A stretch of DNA of 63,888 nucleotides, the filler included, from Peribolospora baueri (lineage: Eukaryota), in NCBI GenBank assembly GCA_029717555.1. It is 4 parts of 4 records of this genome, joined end to end, with 100 filler letters (N's around TTAATTAATTAA, not from the genome) between each part and the next. Parts side by side here need not be neighbours in the genome. Positions count along the whole stretch, not along the records: positions 21,842 to 43,402 come from JAMDHS010000157.1; 3 more parts are not named here. The stretch is one strand, 5' to 3'. A program made the position numbers and the translations under genes. Numbering within the stretch: position 1 is the stretch's first letter; the number at the start of each line of letters is the position of its first letter. The notes under the pieces are model-generated. The model ran no database searches. It saw nothing but the letters and a program-made list of their open reading frames with translations, and had not been told where the DNA came from. Below, piece by piece: positions 24,800 to 37,777 of the stretch.

Positions 24800-25788
24800 T
24801 TAGAATACGATACTTTCCGGTTCGACAACGAAATTTCGTCCGTTTGGTCGTACGGAAATGCCGTCTTTGTCAATCGAGAGAGATTTGCGCATGTCTACGA
24901 GTTGACCCGAAGAGTAGACGACGGCGAACGAGAGGTGATATAAGCGAAACAGAAGTAGGAGACGTGAGAGACGCGCGAATCGAACGAGCGGCACGAGACG
25001 CAAGAGGGACACTCACCGAACGCATCCTCGTCTCGCCCGTTCTCACCCCCACCTGCGTAATACTCTCGTACCCTTCTGTACACACTATACCCCATTTTCT
25101 CATACATGCCCACGGCGACGCCGTTGCTGGGTCTCACGAACAGATCGACGAACCAGCCCTGGTGGACTTTGTCTGACACTGACTCAAGGAGATCCATCAT
25201 CGAGCGTGCTAGACCGAGGTGTCGATATTCCGGGGCGACGGTAATCGCGGTGACGTGACCGTGGTGGAGCGTGCCCCTGCCTTCCGCTTTCCCAATCACT
25301 GGGAAGAGAGAGAGAACACGATTAAAATAGGAAGCGTGAAAACAAGAAAAGTTGCAACGTCTGGGTAAACGCAACACACATGCTCACCATATCCCATTGT
25401 TCGGCCACTAGGGCTTTCTTCCATAAAGCTTAGATCAGGCCATCTTGCGAGGTAGTCGAGGTAGAACGAGATGGAGTACTACCAATCGAGACGCACGCAA
25501 AGGAGCGCGCGAGATGTGGATGTGTGACTTGTTAATTGTAATGGAGAGGTGAACCAAACAAAAAGCAAATAGCATAAGTGCCCCTCACTGTTTCCGTCCA
25601 GGTGTCTAAGTTACTGGATGCGTCGGGGGAAAGGGAAAAAGGGAGAACTTAGTTCGCAGCTAGTTTCGCAAACGACCGCGCATCGAGAAGCTAGAAGAGA
25701 TGAGGGATGGCGGCGACGTCGACGGCGGCACTCACATGTTGTTAAACTGAAACAAGTCGTCCGCCTTCAATGGGCGGAGGAGAGCCAT
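24800..25788 (-). CDS. NAT3: NatB N-terminal acetyltransferase catalytic subunit (NAA20)
   Basis: Spliced MALLRPLKADDLFQFNNINLDTWTETYSISFYLDYLARWP...HGHVTAITVAPEYRHLGLA...FVDLFVRPSN...GYSVYRRVREYY...EDAFDMRK. Confidence 0.95.
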
Positions 25789-26669
25789 TCTGCCTTGCTT
25801 GACTTTGACCTGGCCTGGCCGAAGGCGGGAGTCGTCGACGATAACGGCGGCGCTGCCCTTCGTCCCTGGCTTGGTCTGTGCTCAGAGGACATGCCGATCA
25901 ACGGGAACAGCATGCTGCGGCAACCACCGACCGGAGATGGTTCTTGTGTCTGGCCTCGGCCGCTACTGCTGTGCCATTCAAGCCTCCACGAACTGTGTGA
26001 CTCCAGACACGACTCTTGTTGTGTTTTGAGACCATTTCGAAACACTCTGAATTCTTCGAGATTCTCAAGCTATGCTCATGGCCTTTCCCGCCCATAATGA
26101 GGCGAGACGAGGAGGCAGAGTATAGCATGTCACGCCGGATGGGGAGGTGGACCCGTCGATCAACATCGATGCATGCCATCGATTGAGCGCGCCAGGGAAA
26201 GGATCACGCTGTCACACCTATTACTCCCTCCCCAGCGAGAATCTACTCGAAGAAGAGGGTTCTGACCATTTTTTGTTCCTGTCCAGAATGCCTTGGCGCC
26301 CAAATACTCAAAAGACGAGCGACCGCGGGCCTTCTCGCCCACGACGTCGGATTCCTCATTGCTCCCAAGGTCCCAGCACCACCTCTCGCTCCTCAATCCG
26401 TCCCCACACCCGACACTCTCCAATCCGACGGCTGGCTGTCTGGATTCAAGAGACTCTAGGACGCGTCGAACGTAGCCAGAGGAGCTCAGGATAGCTCCCT
26501 GTTTCGTATCTAATCTTTCTCTGCGTGCAGAGCAAGTCTCGCTTCGCTGTCTTTCCGATCCGACACGCGCCACCGCGACTACATCAGCTTCGGCACAAGA
26601 ACGAGAGAAGGCCCCTCAACCGGAGATACGAAACGAAAGGTCGCGTTACGACAGGATCGACAGGATACA

Positions 26670-28344
26670 ATGTACATCCCCAGGCTCGAGGCGTGTCTGG
26701 TCTTGTTCCTTTCAATCGTCCTCGTCGGGGACGTGGTATCCGGTGCCGATATTAGTCGGGCTCCGCGGGCGGAGCATGGTTGGTTTCAGATCCCGTCCAG
26801 GTTCAGCCTGAGGAAAGCCCAACCGTCGCCGGAAACGGACACGAGTGACTCGGGGCGGCCTCGTCATACCGTGCACATCCGTGGCCGAGTGAAGCACGAG
26901 AACGACGTCATCCCGTCTGCCAGCAGCTCCGCCTTGTTCGCCCGTAGGGACGACAACCCGGACGCCGCGGCAGCGGCCGCTGCCGCTCTGTCCTCGTTGA
27001 GTGCTAGCCAAGCCACGGCCACGGCTGGAGGCTCCTCGTTGCCCGCTAGTGCCAGCCTTCCGACATCCGCCATAAGCTCTGCTTCGAGTACAGGGTCGTC
27101 ATCTTTGCCCACCTCGTCCACATCGTCGCCCTCGCCCTCACAAGGCTCGGGGACTGGTTCTATTTTCAGTCCTCACAGTGGACTCTTCGGGCTGGCCATT
27201 TTCCTAATTGTCGCCTGCTGTAAGTGACCCCTATCTAACTGTTACACCCGTATTTTGTTCTTAGAGCTGACAGACGTCCCTCTCAACGTTGTTTCTTCTT
27301 TCGTTCCGTCCAGTCATACTTGTCTGTCTAACTGCCATTGCTGTTGGCAAGTTCATCGTACACAGGAATATGCGCATGAAGGACGCTTCCATATTCTCAG
27401 AGGCCATGTACGACCACAAGACGCTTCCTGTCCTCACGAAAACCGACGCGGCGCCTCCTTACAATCGTCGCAAGTCCAGGAAGGGATTCTCACACCGTCG
27501 CTACTCCAGCTCCAGCTCTGAGTCTACCGTAGTAGGATCGGACGACGCAAAGTGGGAAAAGCGTGTCATCGGCCCCCGTGACTACAAATCAGGTGCAAAA
27601 GCGGTCAATTCAAGGAAGTACGTTAGCGACGGCAGCGGCAGCGAAGGATGCCACTCCGATAGCGGCTGCAGCGACGTTGGTAAGACCGAGTCAAAGAAGT
27701 GGTCGCAGGTGATCGAGAAGCCGATCGCAGCTGCGACGGTCACGCGAACGCCCGCAGCGGTGCCTTTGAACAACCGAGACACCTTTGCCTTTTGCTCGCC
27801 CGCGCCGGAGCCAAGGCGGCCCCCGTCTGCTTACCCGGTATCGCTGAGCGCTGGTCAAGGGCCTCATATTCGGCAGGTTCGTCCATGTTCGACTCCGGTG
27901 CTCGCCGTACCAGCGACTGCCGTTTCCGCAGCGCAGGCCGCTAGGCCATATAGTACCGCTGCTTCCAAGCCCGGCGGTGGCGAGGTCAAAGACGTTTACA
28001 CCACTCCTGCGCGATGGCAGCAGCAAGCCCCCTCGACCACGGCGGGGGCGCCTCCTAGGCGTTCCGGCGGAGGTCGCTCTGCGGGCATCAATTTGCCAGC
28101 TGACTCCCCACTCGCCCGCCATAGGGCTATGAAGAGGGAAAGTCAACTACAACAAGCTGCCAGTGCGCGCGTCGGAGGCGGGCGCGAGGGAGCCAACTCG
28201 AGGCCACTCACGAATCCATTTGAGCGGCATGGGCAAAGTAGAACGACAAACGCCTCCACGCGGACGGCTACGGCAGCGTACGGGGCCTCGGCAGCGGTGA
28301 GGCGTCCTAACCCGCTCCCTACGCTGCCTTCTTCATTCCTTTGA
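26670..28344 (+). CDS. Single-pass type I membrane protein with Ser/Thr-rich ectodomain, unknown function
   Basis: Signal peptide, S/T/A-rich stalk, TM segment spanning intron 27220-27313, long disordered cytosolic tail. Confidence 0.7.
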
Positions 28345-28766
28345 GCGAAGCGTGTCGGGGTTTGGGAAAAGCATCCCCCTCCGTGTAGCTGCTCGTTTTA
28401 TCGTCTATCCACGTATCTACACCTATCCATGTAGAGTACTCTTAACACTCGTTTACCTCCACTTAAATCTAAACTTGAATCACTCCAAAGGTCGATGAGC
28501 CGAGTCGGAAGTTGACCCAGTTGAGCAAAGCGGTGACACGTCTGTAAGGGGAAGGGATGTATGTATGAACGAAGGGAAACGCGCACATGGGCGGCCAAAC
28601 GCGGCCATGGCGACGAACGCGTCGTCGCTGCACGGAACTCGATCACAAGTCGACGACGACTACTTTCTACCATCATCCTTGGTTGCCCTCCAGCTTCGTT
28701 GTTTTCTTCGTTCCCTTTAAGACGGCCCGTGAGGAACGTTGGAGGCACGCGTAGCGCGAGCCAACG

Positions 28767-30154
28767 ATGGTGAGTTACTGATGCACGTTGCATCGTCTTT
28801 TTCGCTCAGCCAGGGCAGGACAGCATGGAGCTGGTCAAAGGCTTCCTAGGAAGTTGGAAGGGAGGATTGGCGAAGGGCTCAGAAAAAGAACGGGGGACTG
28901 GCTGTTTTGTCCATCCGTCCAATCCGTTCATGTTTGCGGCTTCTTCGGTGTCACCGTCGGATGGGCTGGACGTACGACGTGGGCTCCCTCTCCCGTCCGA
29001 GCTCGTAGTCGGGCGGATCGACGTTTTCGGGACCTCCGTCTGTCTTTCCACGCTGTCTTGCTTCCTCTTCCCTTTCAGATCTGTGGACCAATTTATTGAG
29101 TGGTTTGTCGAACTGTTGGGCTCATTCACTGCCCGTTCATGTTCCTCCCCGCCAGCTACCCCTCACACTCCTCAATGCGGCTCAGAACAAGCCTATGGTG
29201 CGTGTGCCGTCCCAAATGCCTTTCCGGCGTCAGAGCAGGCGTCCTTGTCCCTGGACGGAGTGGACGCGTAGTGGCCGTTCGCGGGCGATTTATGTTGGCA
29301 CGGACAGACGGATGGACCAGACCGCTGATCTTCCCTTTCTTTTTCGCCTTGTCTTGATCGCTCTATGGCCAATCTCCCCCTTGTCACAGCTCGTCGAGCT
29401 CAAAAACGGCGAGACGTTCAACGGCCACCTGGTCAACTGCGACAACTTTATGAACCTCACGCTCCGAGAGGTGTATGAAACCAGCGCTGTGAGTTACCCG
29501 GGATCGCGGGGGGAACGTAGTTATTCCATACAGGAGCAACTTGGCGACAGGAGGTGAAGCGGAAACATCGGTTCAAATGGGCTGACGGCAGTCTTCGCAC
29601 CCTGTCTCCTTGCTTCGTTTCTCCATTGGCTACGCCGTTATCCATTCGCGTCGACTTGGCTTGGATAGACAGGAGAGCAGTTCTGGAAGCTGAAAGAGTG
29701 CTACATCCGGGGAAGCACGGTGAGCGTACGGCGCGAAGCCGTCTCCTCGAGGTCGTCTCGTGAAAACCGACCTCGCTTTCATCGTTGATCACCCCCGTAG
29801 GTCTCTCACTGATCTCCTCTCCCTCGCCATTTCAGATCAAATACTGCCGAGTAGCCGAGAACGTGAGTGGCACGGTTACGGTCTTCTTCCTCTCTTCCTC
29901 TCCTCGAAGCTGTTCGATGATGCCCGTCGACCTAACATCGGCACTTTGCATGACCTTTGTGATCCAAAACTGGGCGGGCGACGTGGGTGGCTCAGGTGAT
30001 CGACATGGTGAAGGAGGACGAGATGAGGGCGCGAATGGGAAGGAGTGGCGGCGGTGGCGGACGGGGTGGACGAGGAGGACCGCCGGGACGGGGCAGGGGC
30101 AGTGGCGGGATGGGTGGCAGGGGAGGCGCGAAAGGGAGGGGAAGAGGTGGTTAG
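28767..30154 (+). CDS. LSM4: U6 snRNA-associated Sm-like protein Lsm4
   Basis: Exon 1 is the ATG only (ATG|GTGAGT). Then [76 protein letters not shown]... and an RGG tail; TAG 30152-30154. Confidence 0.93.
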
Positions 30155-30975
30155 ATGAGACGGCTGTGCGTCGGTCGCGTGATCTAGACGATCTCGAGTT
30201 TCGAGTACATGTAATCAGTTGTTCGGAAGCTCGGTTGTCGTTCGCTCTTCGCCCACGCATGGACGGAACGATGAGGACATGCGTTCGTTTCGCTCTCAAC
30301 CGCGGCGTCGCCGCTGAGGAAGAGGAACGAACGAGAGGTGTGGCGAACACGGCCGCCGTCGTCAGCGAGAGCTGGCGGGGGTTACAATGTTCTTGAGTAC
30401 GTCTTGAGCGTTCGAGTCGCTCAGTGCCACCGCCTGTTCTTTTTTTCCTTCTTTTCTTCCTCTTTCCTTCCTTCCGTCCGTCCGCCCGTCCTTCTTCCCG
30501 TTCCGTTCGTCGCCGCCGTCGCCGCCGGCTGGAGCGCTCGGTGGGCGTCGTACGACTTCGGCTCGCTTGTCTCACTTTCGGCCGGGAGGCGGGAAAAGGA
30601 AAAGGGGGAGCCTGGCTTGATAATACTTGATGAAATAGTAGATTATAAGGGAGGGTAACACTTGAAGCTATTGGTTTCTGTTAGGGTTATACGGGTGAGT
30701 CGGGACGCCGGCCAACGCAACGTGCATGGGCAGAGAGCGTCCCACATCGGATCGACCACCACCTCCACCACCATCATCAACCCCAACCAGCCCGTCACCA
30801 CCTCTGCTTCCTTCTCTCCTCATCCACTGTCTCTGTACATATCCATCTATCGCCCGCTTATTTCTTTTCGCCTCCCCTCCCCCTTCCCCCTTGACCCCCT
30901 TTCGCGTCGGACCCGCCCGCGCCGGCCATTCGTTGGGTGGGCTCACGCCTCCGCACCCACGCTTAGCCACAGGCC

Positions 30976-31555
30976 ATGTCGTCGTACAACGACGACAGCG
31001 TGTCCTTCCTCAACGGCCTCAACGCCTTGCCCACTGCATCGGGACAAGGTGAAGGAGGCGCGGGCGATATGGCCTATCCCGACGACGCCTTCGCCGAGCA
31101 GCTTGCCCTTTGGACCAACGCTTCTTTCAGCTTCGATCAGGCACCCGGCTCCGCCATCCTAGACGACAAGCCTCCCTCCTCTTCTTCGCCTCCCATGCCC
31201 AAGGCTGACGAACCTTCTGATGCCCCCGCCTTCGACGGGTTCCTCTCCTCCGCGCCTTCCGTCACCCCTTCGGCCCCAGCCCCCGCCCAGGACGGGGACC
31301 ATTCGCGTGACGAACGCCGCCCACCCCAGCCCGTCTCTTCGAGTCCCGCTACGGGCAATGGGTCGTCCAGCGTGCTCCCATCGTTGCCCGCTCTCAGCGG
31401 TCTTCCCTTTGCGGTCCCCTCGCTGCCCGCTACCGGCCAGCAGCCCGCGCTTGACCTCAACGTCCTCGCCCTCCAGCAGTTCCTCGCGGGCAACACGGCC
31501 GGCTTGGAGCAGGCCTTCCTCCAGCAGCAGGCCACGGCTCAGCTACTCCACCAAC

Positions 31556-31610
<55 letters not shown>

Positions 31611-32597
31611 GCAACAGCAACACTCTGCGCTTGTGTCTACCGCCGTGCCGCTCGCCAACCTCGGCGCCCTCGGTCAACTTAACTTTGGTGTGCCCCTAGC
31701 GCCGTCGTCCTCGCAGCAACAGCAGCGGCCTTCCACCGTGGCGACTCCTGCGACGACCGCTCCGCAAGCGTCGCCGCGGCAGCCACTCGCGTCCGCACTT
31801 GCCCCTCCCGCCCCGGCCGCCAAGGACAACTCTCCGCCCCCGAAGAAGAAGAGTGCACCGTCGTCGTCGTCTTCGGGATCCGCTCCGTCTCGCCGATCCA
31901 GCAACGCCGCCCCCGCAGCTAAATTTGAAACACCCGAGGCCGACGACGCAGCGTCATCCCCTTTGTCTGTCAACATCCCCGATCCCTCCGTGGACTCGGA
32001 GGCGCATAAGTTTGCCATTGAGGAGGATAAGCGAAGGAGGAACACGGCCGCGTCTGGTGAGTGGATGCGGCGGATGACCGAGTCTCGTGCATGAACCGCG
32101 TACATCCGGGCGGCGTTCGTATGCTCATCTCCAATCCTTCCGTCCCGCTTCACCCAGCCCGTTTTCGGATCAAGAAGAAGATGCGCGAGCAGGCCCTTGA
32201 AGCGTCTCACAAGGAGCTCTCTTCGCGCGTTCGAGAGTTGGAGGCCGAAGTGGAGGGCCTGAGGAGAGAGAACGGGTGGTTGAAGTCTTTGATCACGATT
32301 CGGCCGGATCAGCAGTGCCCGAGCCAGTTGCCGACCTCCGCCGCTGGGTCGGATAACTCCACTCCCGTATTCTCCGTCACTGCCGCCGAGGCCGCTCAGG
32401 CTCAGCAGGTTCTTGCAGACCCAAAACCGCACCTCTCAACCGTTTTCGTCCCGGGCGAAGATGGTCTGCATCCTCGAGGCGTTGGCACCGCTTCCGTGGT
32501 GGCGGAAGACAAGGCCCAGCAGAAGGAGATGAGAGACATCCAACCCGCTCCCGCGGTCCAAGGGCTGGCAGGAACGAAGAGGGACAGGGAGGAGTGA
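30976..32597 (+). CDS. metR: bZIP transcription factor, MetR/Cys-3/Zip1 sulfur-regulator family
   Basis: EEDKRRRNTAAS|ARFRIKKKMREQALE...LRRENGWLKSL, plus N-terminal LALWTNASFSFD motif and polyQ. Confidence 0.85.
31558..31620 (+). repeat. CAG/CAA trinucleotide repeat encoding polyQ (21 Q) in the bZIP gene
   Basis: Read directly. Confidence 0.9.
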
Positions 32598-33231
32598 TGT
32601 GATGGATGGAACGTCGGATCGCGCAGATGTTCTCGCGTTCCTCGCTTCCTGTCACCCTTGCCACGTTCGTGTCCCTGTCCGCCGCCGTGTGCGCCTCACC
32701 CAAGACACGACCATAACGACCTTTCTCACTCCGCTCCGCGCTCGCAGCCTCGTCGTCTTCGTGATCACCTTCGGGTTCATTTACTCGCTTCCTTAGATTT
32801 CGTTTCTTTTTTTTTTCCTTTGATGGGAGTCGTCTCGATCCGCTTCGTGTCGTTTGCCGGGCTCTGCCCTCGGCGCGTCCGGTCATCGGACCTCCTTCTC
32901 TGTCTCGGCTGCTTGTTCGTTCACCCAACTTTGTATGCTCCTCGTGCTGAGCTGAGGCTCCATCCGCTCCCGATTTTGCTCCTCTTCCGCTCTTCTTCTA
33001 ACTTCGTCACCAGATGAATTGACGTCCTCGGCTGCCCCCCCCCCGGATGCGTGCTACCCTGATGACGGGACTGCCAAGACTCGCTTTTACGCTGTGCATT
33101 TGTCGTCTTCCGGAGAAAGATTTGCCCGAGACAATCGCATAGCACATGCTATCATATCCCCATCTCATCTTCATTTCACACGCAAAAGGCAGTAGTAGTA
33201 AACCGAGCTCAAAAGGCGATCGACTTCTGCC

Positions 33232-34380
33232 TCATCGCACTCCAATGGACGCGATGAGCCGACGGTACTGAGCGGCGGCGAGCTTGCGGTGACGCAGGGC
33301 GAGGATGCCGATGGAGGCCACAGCGAGGAAGGTGTTGGTGAGCTGCGGACCGAGGAGACGAGGCGAGAACAAGGGCGACGGTGAGCGAGTGAGCAAGCTG
33401 GCGAAAATAGCCTTCTTTCCCATGCTGCAAAGACCATGACCCCGCAGACGGACCGCCAGGTGGTCGCCGTCGCTCACCAAGAATTCAAACAAATCTCGCC
33501 TCTCCTTGCTGACCACTTTGCCACAACTGCCCCACGCCGCAACCTCTCCTGGACGGAGTTGCGTGCTGGGCCGTGGCGTTGAGGAATCTGCCGCGCGATG
33601 GCTATTCCGCGACGGTGGCTCACCGTCCCCTCTCGCTCGCTTCGACTCGGGGCTGGAGGTCCCTTTCCCCCTGACCACGGGCCCCGTCTCCGTCGCCCGT
33701 GCACGCGCTGTCGCCGTCGCCGCAGGCGGCTCCCATCCCTTCGCGGTGCCGATACCCAAGGGTGCCGTGTGGGCCGCGATCTCGGTCGTGTGTGTCGAGT
33801 CCCCTCCGCCGTCCGCGTTGTCGTGCACTGGAGGGAGCGAGGAAACTTTGGGTCGGCAGGCGAGCAGACGGCGGTTGCCGTAGGGCTTGCAGTAGGGTTC
33901 GTGGAGCTGTGGTGGGAGACGGAGAGATGAGGATGGAGGTGGAGCGGAAGGGCCCACCATTCATGAGTGAAAGGGAACGAAGCCGGCCACATTCATGACC
34001 ACGAAACGTGGTCGGCCGTCATCCGTCCACCACTCACCGCTTCAGGAGGACAAGGCTCGCAGTCTCCCGCAGGCCTGCACATGTAGTCTCCCTGCTCTTT
34101 CTCCGCCGCACCTGCTGGCGGTTTGGCTCTCTCGTCGTACCATCGTGGTCCCGCGTCCGTCCCGTTCTCAGCCCAGACTGCAGGGAAGAGAGCGAAGGCG
34201 AGGACGGCAAGGAGGAAGAGGCGTCCGGACGGTGTTCGCTTTCTGCCGCTTCCCACGTCACGTTATGTCACGTCGACCCGGGGCATGATGGATCGATCAG
34301 AGTCAGAGCGGACCGACGGAATGGAAACTTGGATCTACACCCTGTAGGGTGCTGAGAGAGACTCACCTCTTCAGTTTCAT
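33232..34380 (-). CDS. JTB (jumping translocation breakpoint)-like Cys-rich type I membrane protein
   Basis: Four exons: MKLKR|KRTPSGRLFLLAVLAFALFPAVWA...CRPAGDCEPCPPEA|LHEPYCKPYGNRRLLAC...AWGSCGKVVSKERRDLFEFL|LTNTFLAVASIGILALRHRKLAAAQYRRLIASIGVR. Confidence 0.7.
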
Positions 34381-35054
34381 TATCGGTGGCGAGTGAGTTG
34401 GATGTGAGCGGATCCGAACACAGTCGTGATGGTGCGATGGAGAGAAAGTAAGTGATCGGAGCAACGCTCCAGCCGCCGTTTGAGTGCTCCGTGCACCGTG
34501 CTTCGTGTTTTGCGCTCAACTGAACAGACGAGAAGGACGACACATCTATCTTATCTGCTTCGCAGACCTCGGAAATGACAGCATAAACGTGAACGTGGTG
34601 TCTGCTCATTCGCCTTGGCCAACAGACAATCTGCTGTTCTATATGCTTTGACCGACACATGGAGAGGAAGAGCGGAGGAAAGCACGGGCTACCGAATGTC
34701 TAGGGAAAAGAACAAGCGTATGCAGAGAGGAGAGCGACACCTGAAGAGAACTCCTGCCGAGCTATTGGAAAGGAGGGCACTGGGTCGCATAGCTCGATTC
34801 GAACGACCCTCGGTCGCGCGGTCGATTCCTTTCGTCACGACCGGAGCAGACAAGGCGGCTGAGAACCAGGCGCGCCGGCAGGCACTGCCAGTCAGTGTGC
34901 TCGCATAGATGGCCTTCTCCTCCTTCTTCTTGCCATCGTTTACAAACGACCGACGCCCACAGGTCCATATTGTCCAGCGAAACCTGTCCGTTTTCCGTAC
35001 CTTCCATTTCTCAATCCACCCGCCGCCCTGCTCACCCATCCATCTATCAGCCGA

Positions 35055-35719
35055 TCATCCACCGTGCAATGTGCTGATGAACACGACCTCGTCGCCGTCC
35101 TGGAGCTCGTACTCCAGTTCCCCCTCCAACTCCCAGTCGGTGTTGTTGATCAAAACAAGGATGCCAGGCCGTCTGTACAACCAGAGGAGGAAGCCAATGA
35201 GCGAATGTCCCCCAAGTTCAGATAGATGATTGAGCCGAGCTCAACGCATGCTGGCAGTTGACGAGGGTCGGTAGAAAAGCCCAAAGAGAGGAATAGAAAA
35301 AAAAAGTTTCATCCCGCAATCAACTCACACCGACCCCTCAGCAACGAAGAGCTCCTCTCTCTCTTTGATCATATTTCTCCGGATCCAGTCGATGAGGAAG
35401 CGCATGTCCGCTGGCTGTCGCCCCGCCGTCGGGGACCCTGAGCTGGACTCGGCGACCGGTGGAATGGCTGGGATGTGGACGGTATGCCTCGTCTTATGCG
35501 GCGGGGCTAAGAGGAGCTCCGTTCCACCACTGTCAGTCAGAAACACGAACAAGACGGGGGGAGGACAAAATAGGGTGAGCGATGGGCGATCACCCTGCCT
35601 TCGTATGAACGTGGCGAAGCGGACGACGGGATCGCTCACCTGAACTCGAGCTCAAGCTTCAAATCCTTCTCACTCTCCATAGCCGCGTCACTTGTCGCAG
35701 CTCCGACCTGTTCCGACAT
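35055..35719 (-). CDS. URM1: Ubiquitin-related modifier 1
   Basis: LELEFSGGTELL...KEREELF...[39 protein letters not shown], three exons. Confidence 0.96.
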
Positions 35720-36312
35720 TTTGTGTGTTTGGACGGGGTCCCTGGAGACGATGGTCGTAGTGTTCGACAGCCGGTCGTCCCTCTCACGCACAAGCTGGCC
35801 GTTGGTAAGTCAGCAGTCTTCGGCGAGGTCGGGAACGCCAAGGCTTGGGTTTATACTGTGAAGTTGTTCTTTGGCCCTTGGCCGACGACGTCCGTAATTT
35901 ATTGAGGAGGTTGAAGGCGGATTGGAGAGTAGACGTGGGCCGCTGGGAATCATCCTCGAAGTGCATTCGTGTTTCGATCACGTGATGAACACGACGGTAC
36001 GATTTCGTCATCGCTCACTACGACGGCGTGGTGGAATTTAGAGGGGAGGTTGGTGGGGGGTATCTTAAAGCTTCTGGTCAGCTCGAGGAGACTGGAGACT
36101 CATTCGCATCGCTTGCGGGTGCCGGAGAGGCGCCTGCTCGATTCCACGATGGGCGATGGAGTGGGTGAGAGCGAGCGGGCGGCAGACTGCGGCTGTGCTG
36201 GCGGCGAGCGGGTCGAGGTGGGGATGGAGATAACATGGATGAGAGGCGAGAGTGAGACTGAACCATCATCGACGACGCACACAACCTCCGCTGTCCTTCT
36301 ACAGTGCCAGCC

Positions 36313-37179
36313 ATGGCATCACCATCGCCCTTCGCCGGCACCTCCTCCACGCCGTACGCCGGCCTCACCCACTCTTCGTCCCCTTCCTCCTCCGCCAACG
36401 CCAACGCCGACCCCGTGGCCCGCTTCGGCTCCATCTCCACCGGCTACTCGCCGTTCGCGCGCGTTGACACGCAGAGCAGGAGGGAGGCGATCGAGGACAT
36501 GTACGGCCCGCCGGAAAACTTTCTGGAGGTCGAGGTGCAACACCCTCTCACGCATGGTGGGTAGCGTCGGGGCAAGACGAGCGAGGAAGACGCAACCTCT
36601 CCTGGCTATCGACCAGGGTTGCAGGCGCCTCTCCGGAGCCAGCGTCGGTACACGGCTACCGCTCGCCGACGGTATATTAGTTTTCTCGAGTCGCGCTCAC
36701 TCGTTTGTTTGTCCCACTCGCCTCGCCTCACTGTCTCTCCCTCGCCTCGCCTCACAGGCTTCGGTCGGAACATGTACACGGACTACGAGATCATCACGCG
36801 CACCAACATCCCCGCCTTGAAGCTTAAGTACTCCTCCGTGCGCAGACGCTACTCCGACTTTGAATACTTTCGAGACATCCTCGAGAGGGAGTCCACTAGG
36901 GTCAACATTCCTCCGCTCCCGGGCAAGGTGTTCACCAACCGGTTCACGGACGAGGTGATCGAGGCGAGGAGGGAGGGCCTCGAGAGGTTCTTGCAGATCG
37001 TCGCCGGACATCCCTTGCTGCAGGTGAGCCGAGCACGGTCCGCGCCCGCGGAACCCGCTTCCTCGTTGACTGACCCACCTTGCACGCTGTTCGGCTTTCA
37101 TTCTTTCTTCCAGACCGGCAGCAAAGTCCTCTGTGCCTTCCTCCAAGATCCCTCGTGGGACCGCCATCATTGGATCTGA
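36313..37179 (+). CDS. SNX3: Sorting nexin-3 (PX domain)
   Basis: [12 protein letters not shown]...YTDYEI...[38 protein letters not shown]...[14 protein letters not shown]. Confidence 0.96.
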
Positions 37180-37777
37180 TGTCCTCCTATTCCTTCTTCC
37201 CTTTCATCCACGCGCCCGCTCCCTCACTGCACGCCGTCCGCGTTGCACCTCCATCCAACGTGCACGTCCCATCCATCCCTCTTCTCCTCGCAGCCGGTCA
37301 CGTCACCTGTCCCATTCTCATCTTATCATCTCATTGTCACTCCGACTCCCATCTCCTCATCCCTGCTCGGCTCGCACGTGTATATTTATATATATGCGCG
37401 CTTCACTTGTCGACGTCTTGTAAGATTTTCATGGTGCTTTTCACGTTCATCGCGTTCCGCCCTCACGTCATACGGCTCGTCCGACGACTACATCGCTGTA
37501 ACCCATCAGTAGACGACGTTTGGTGTGAAGGAGCGCAAACGAATCCCACGTATTCAAGCGCGTGTCTTCACCACTCCTGCGAGACTCGAAAAAAAGTAGA
37601 CATTTCATCCGTCCATTTCCAATACGGAGCAGGCGGGTAGTCGATAAAAGGGGAGGGGGCGAGGCGGATAGAAAAGAATGAATTCAACGATCGTAGGGTT
37701 GAGAAGGGAGGGTATGGCGAAAGGAGATAGGAGGGCGTAAGAAGGGAATGAGGACAGGTGCCGACATTCTAGTCCGT

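Noticed and set aside
30610..30700. AT-rich island with TGATGA upstream of the bZIP gene as a C/D snoRNA
   Set aside because: No D box (CTGA) or terminal stem at a suitable distance; more likely promoter sequence.
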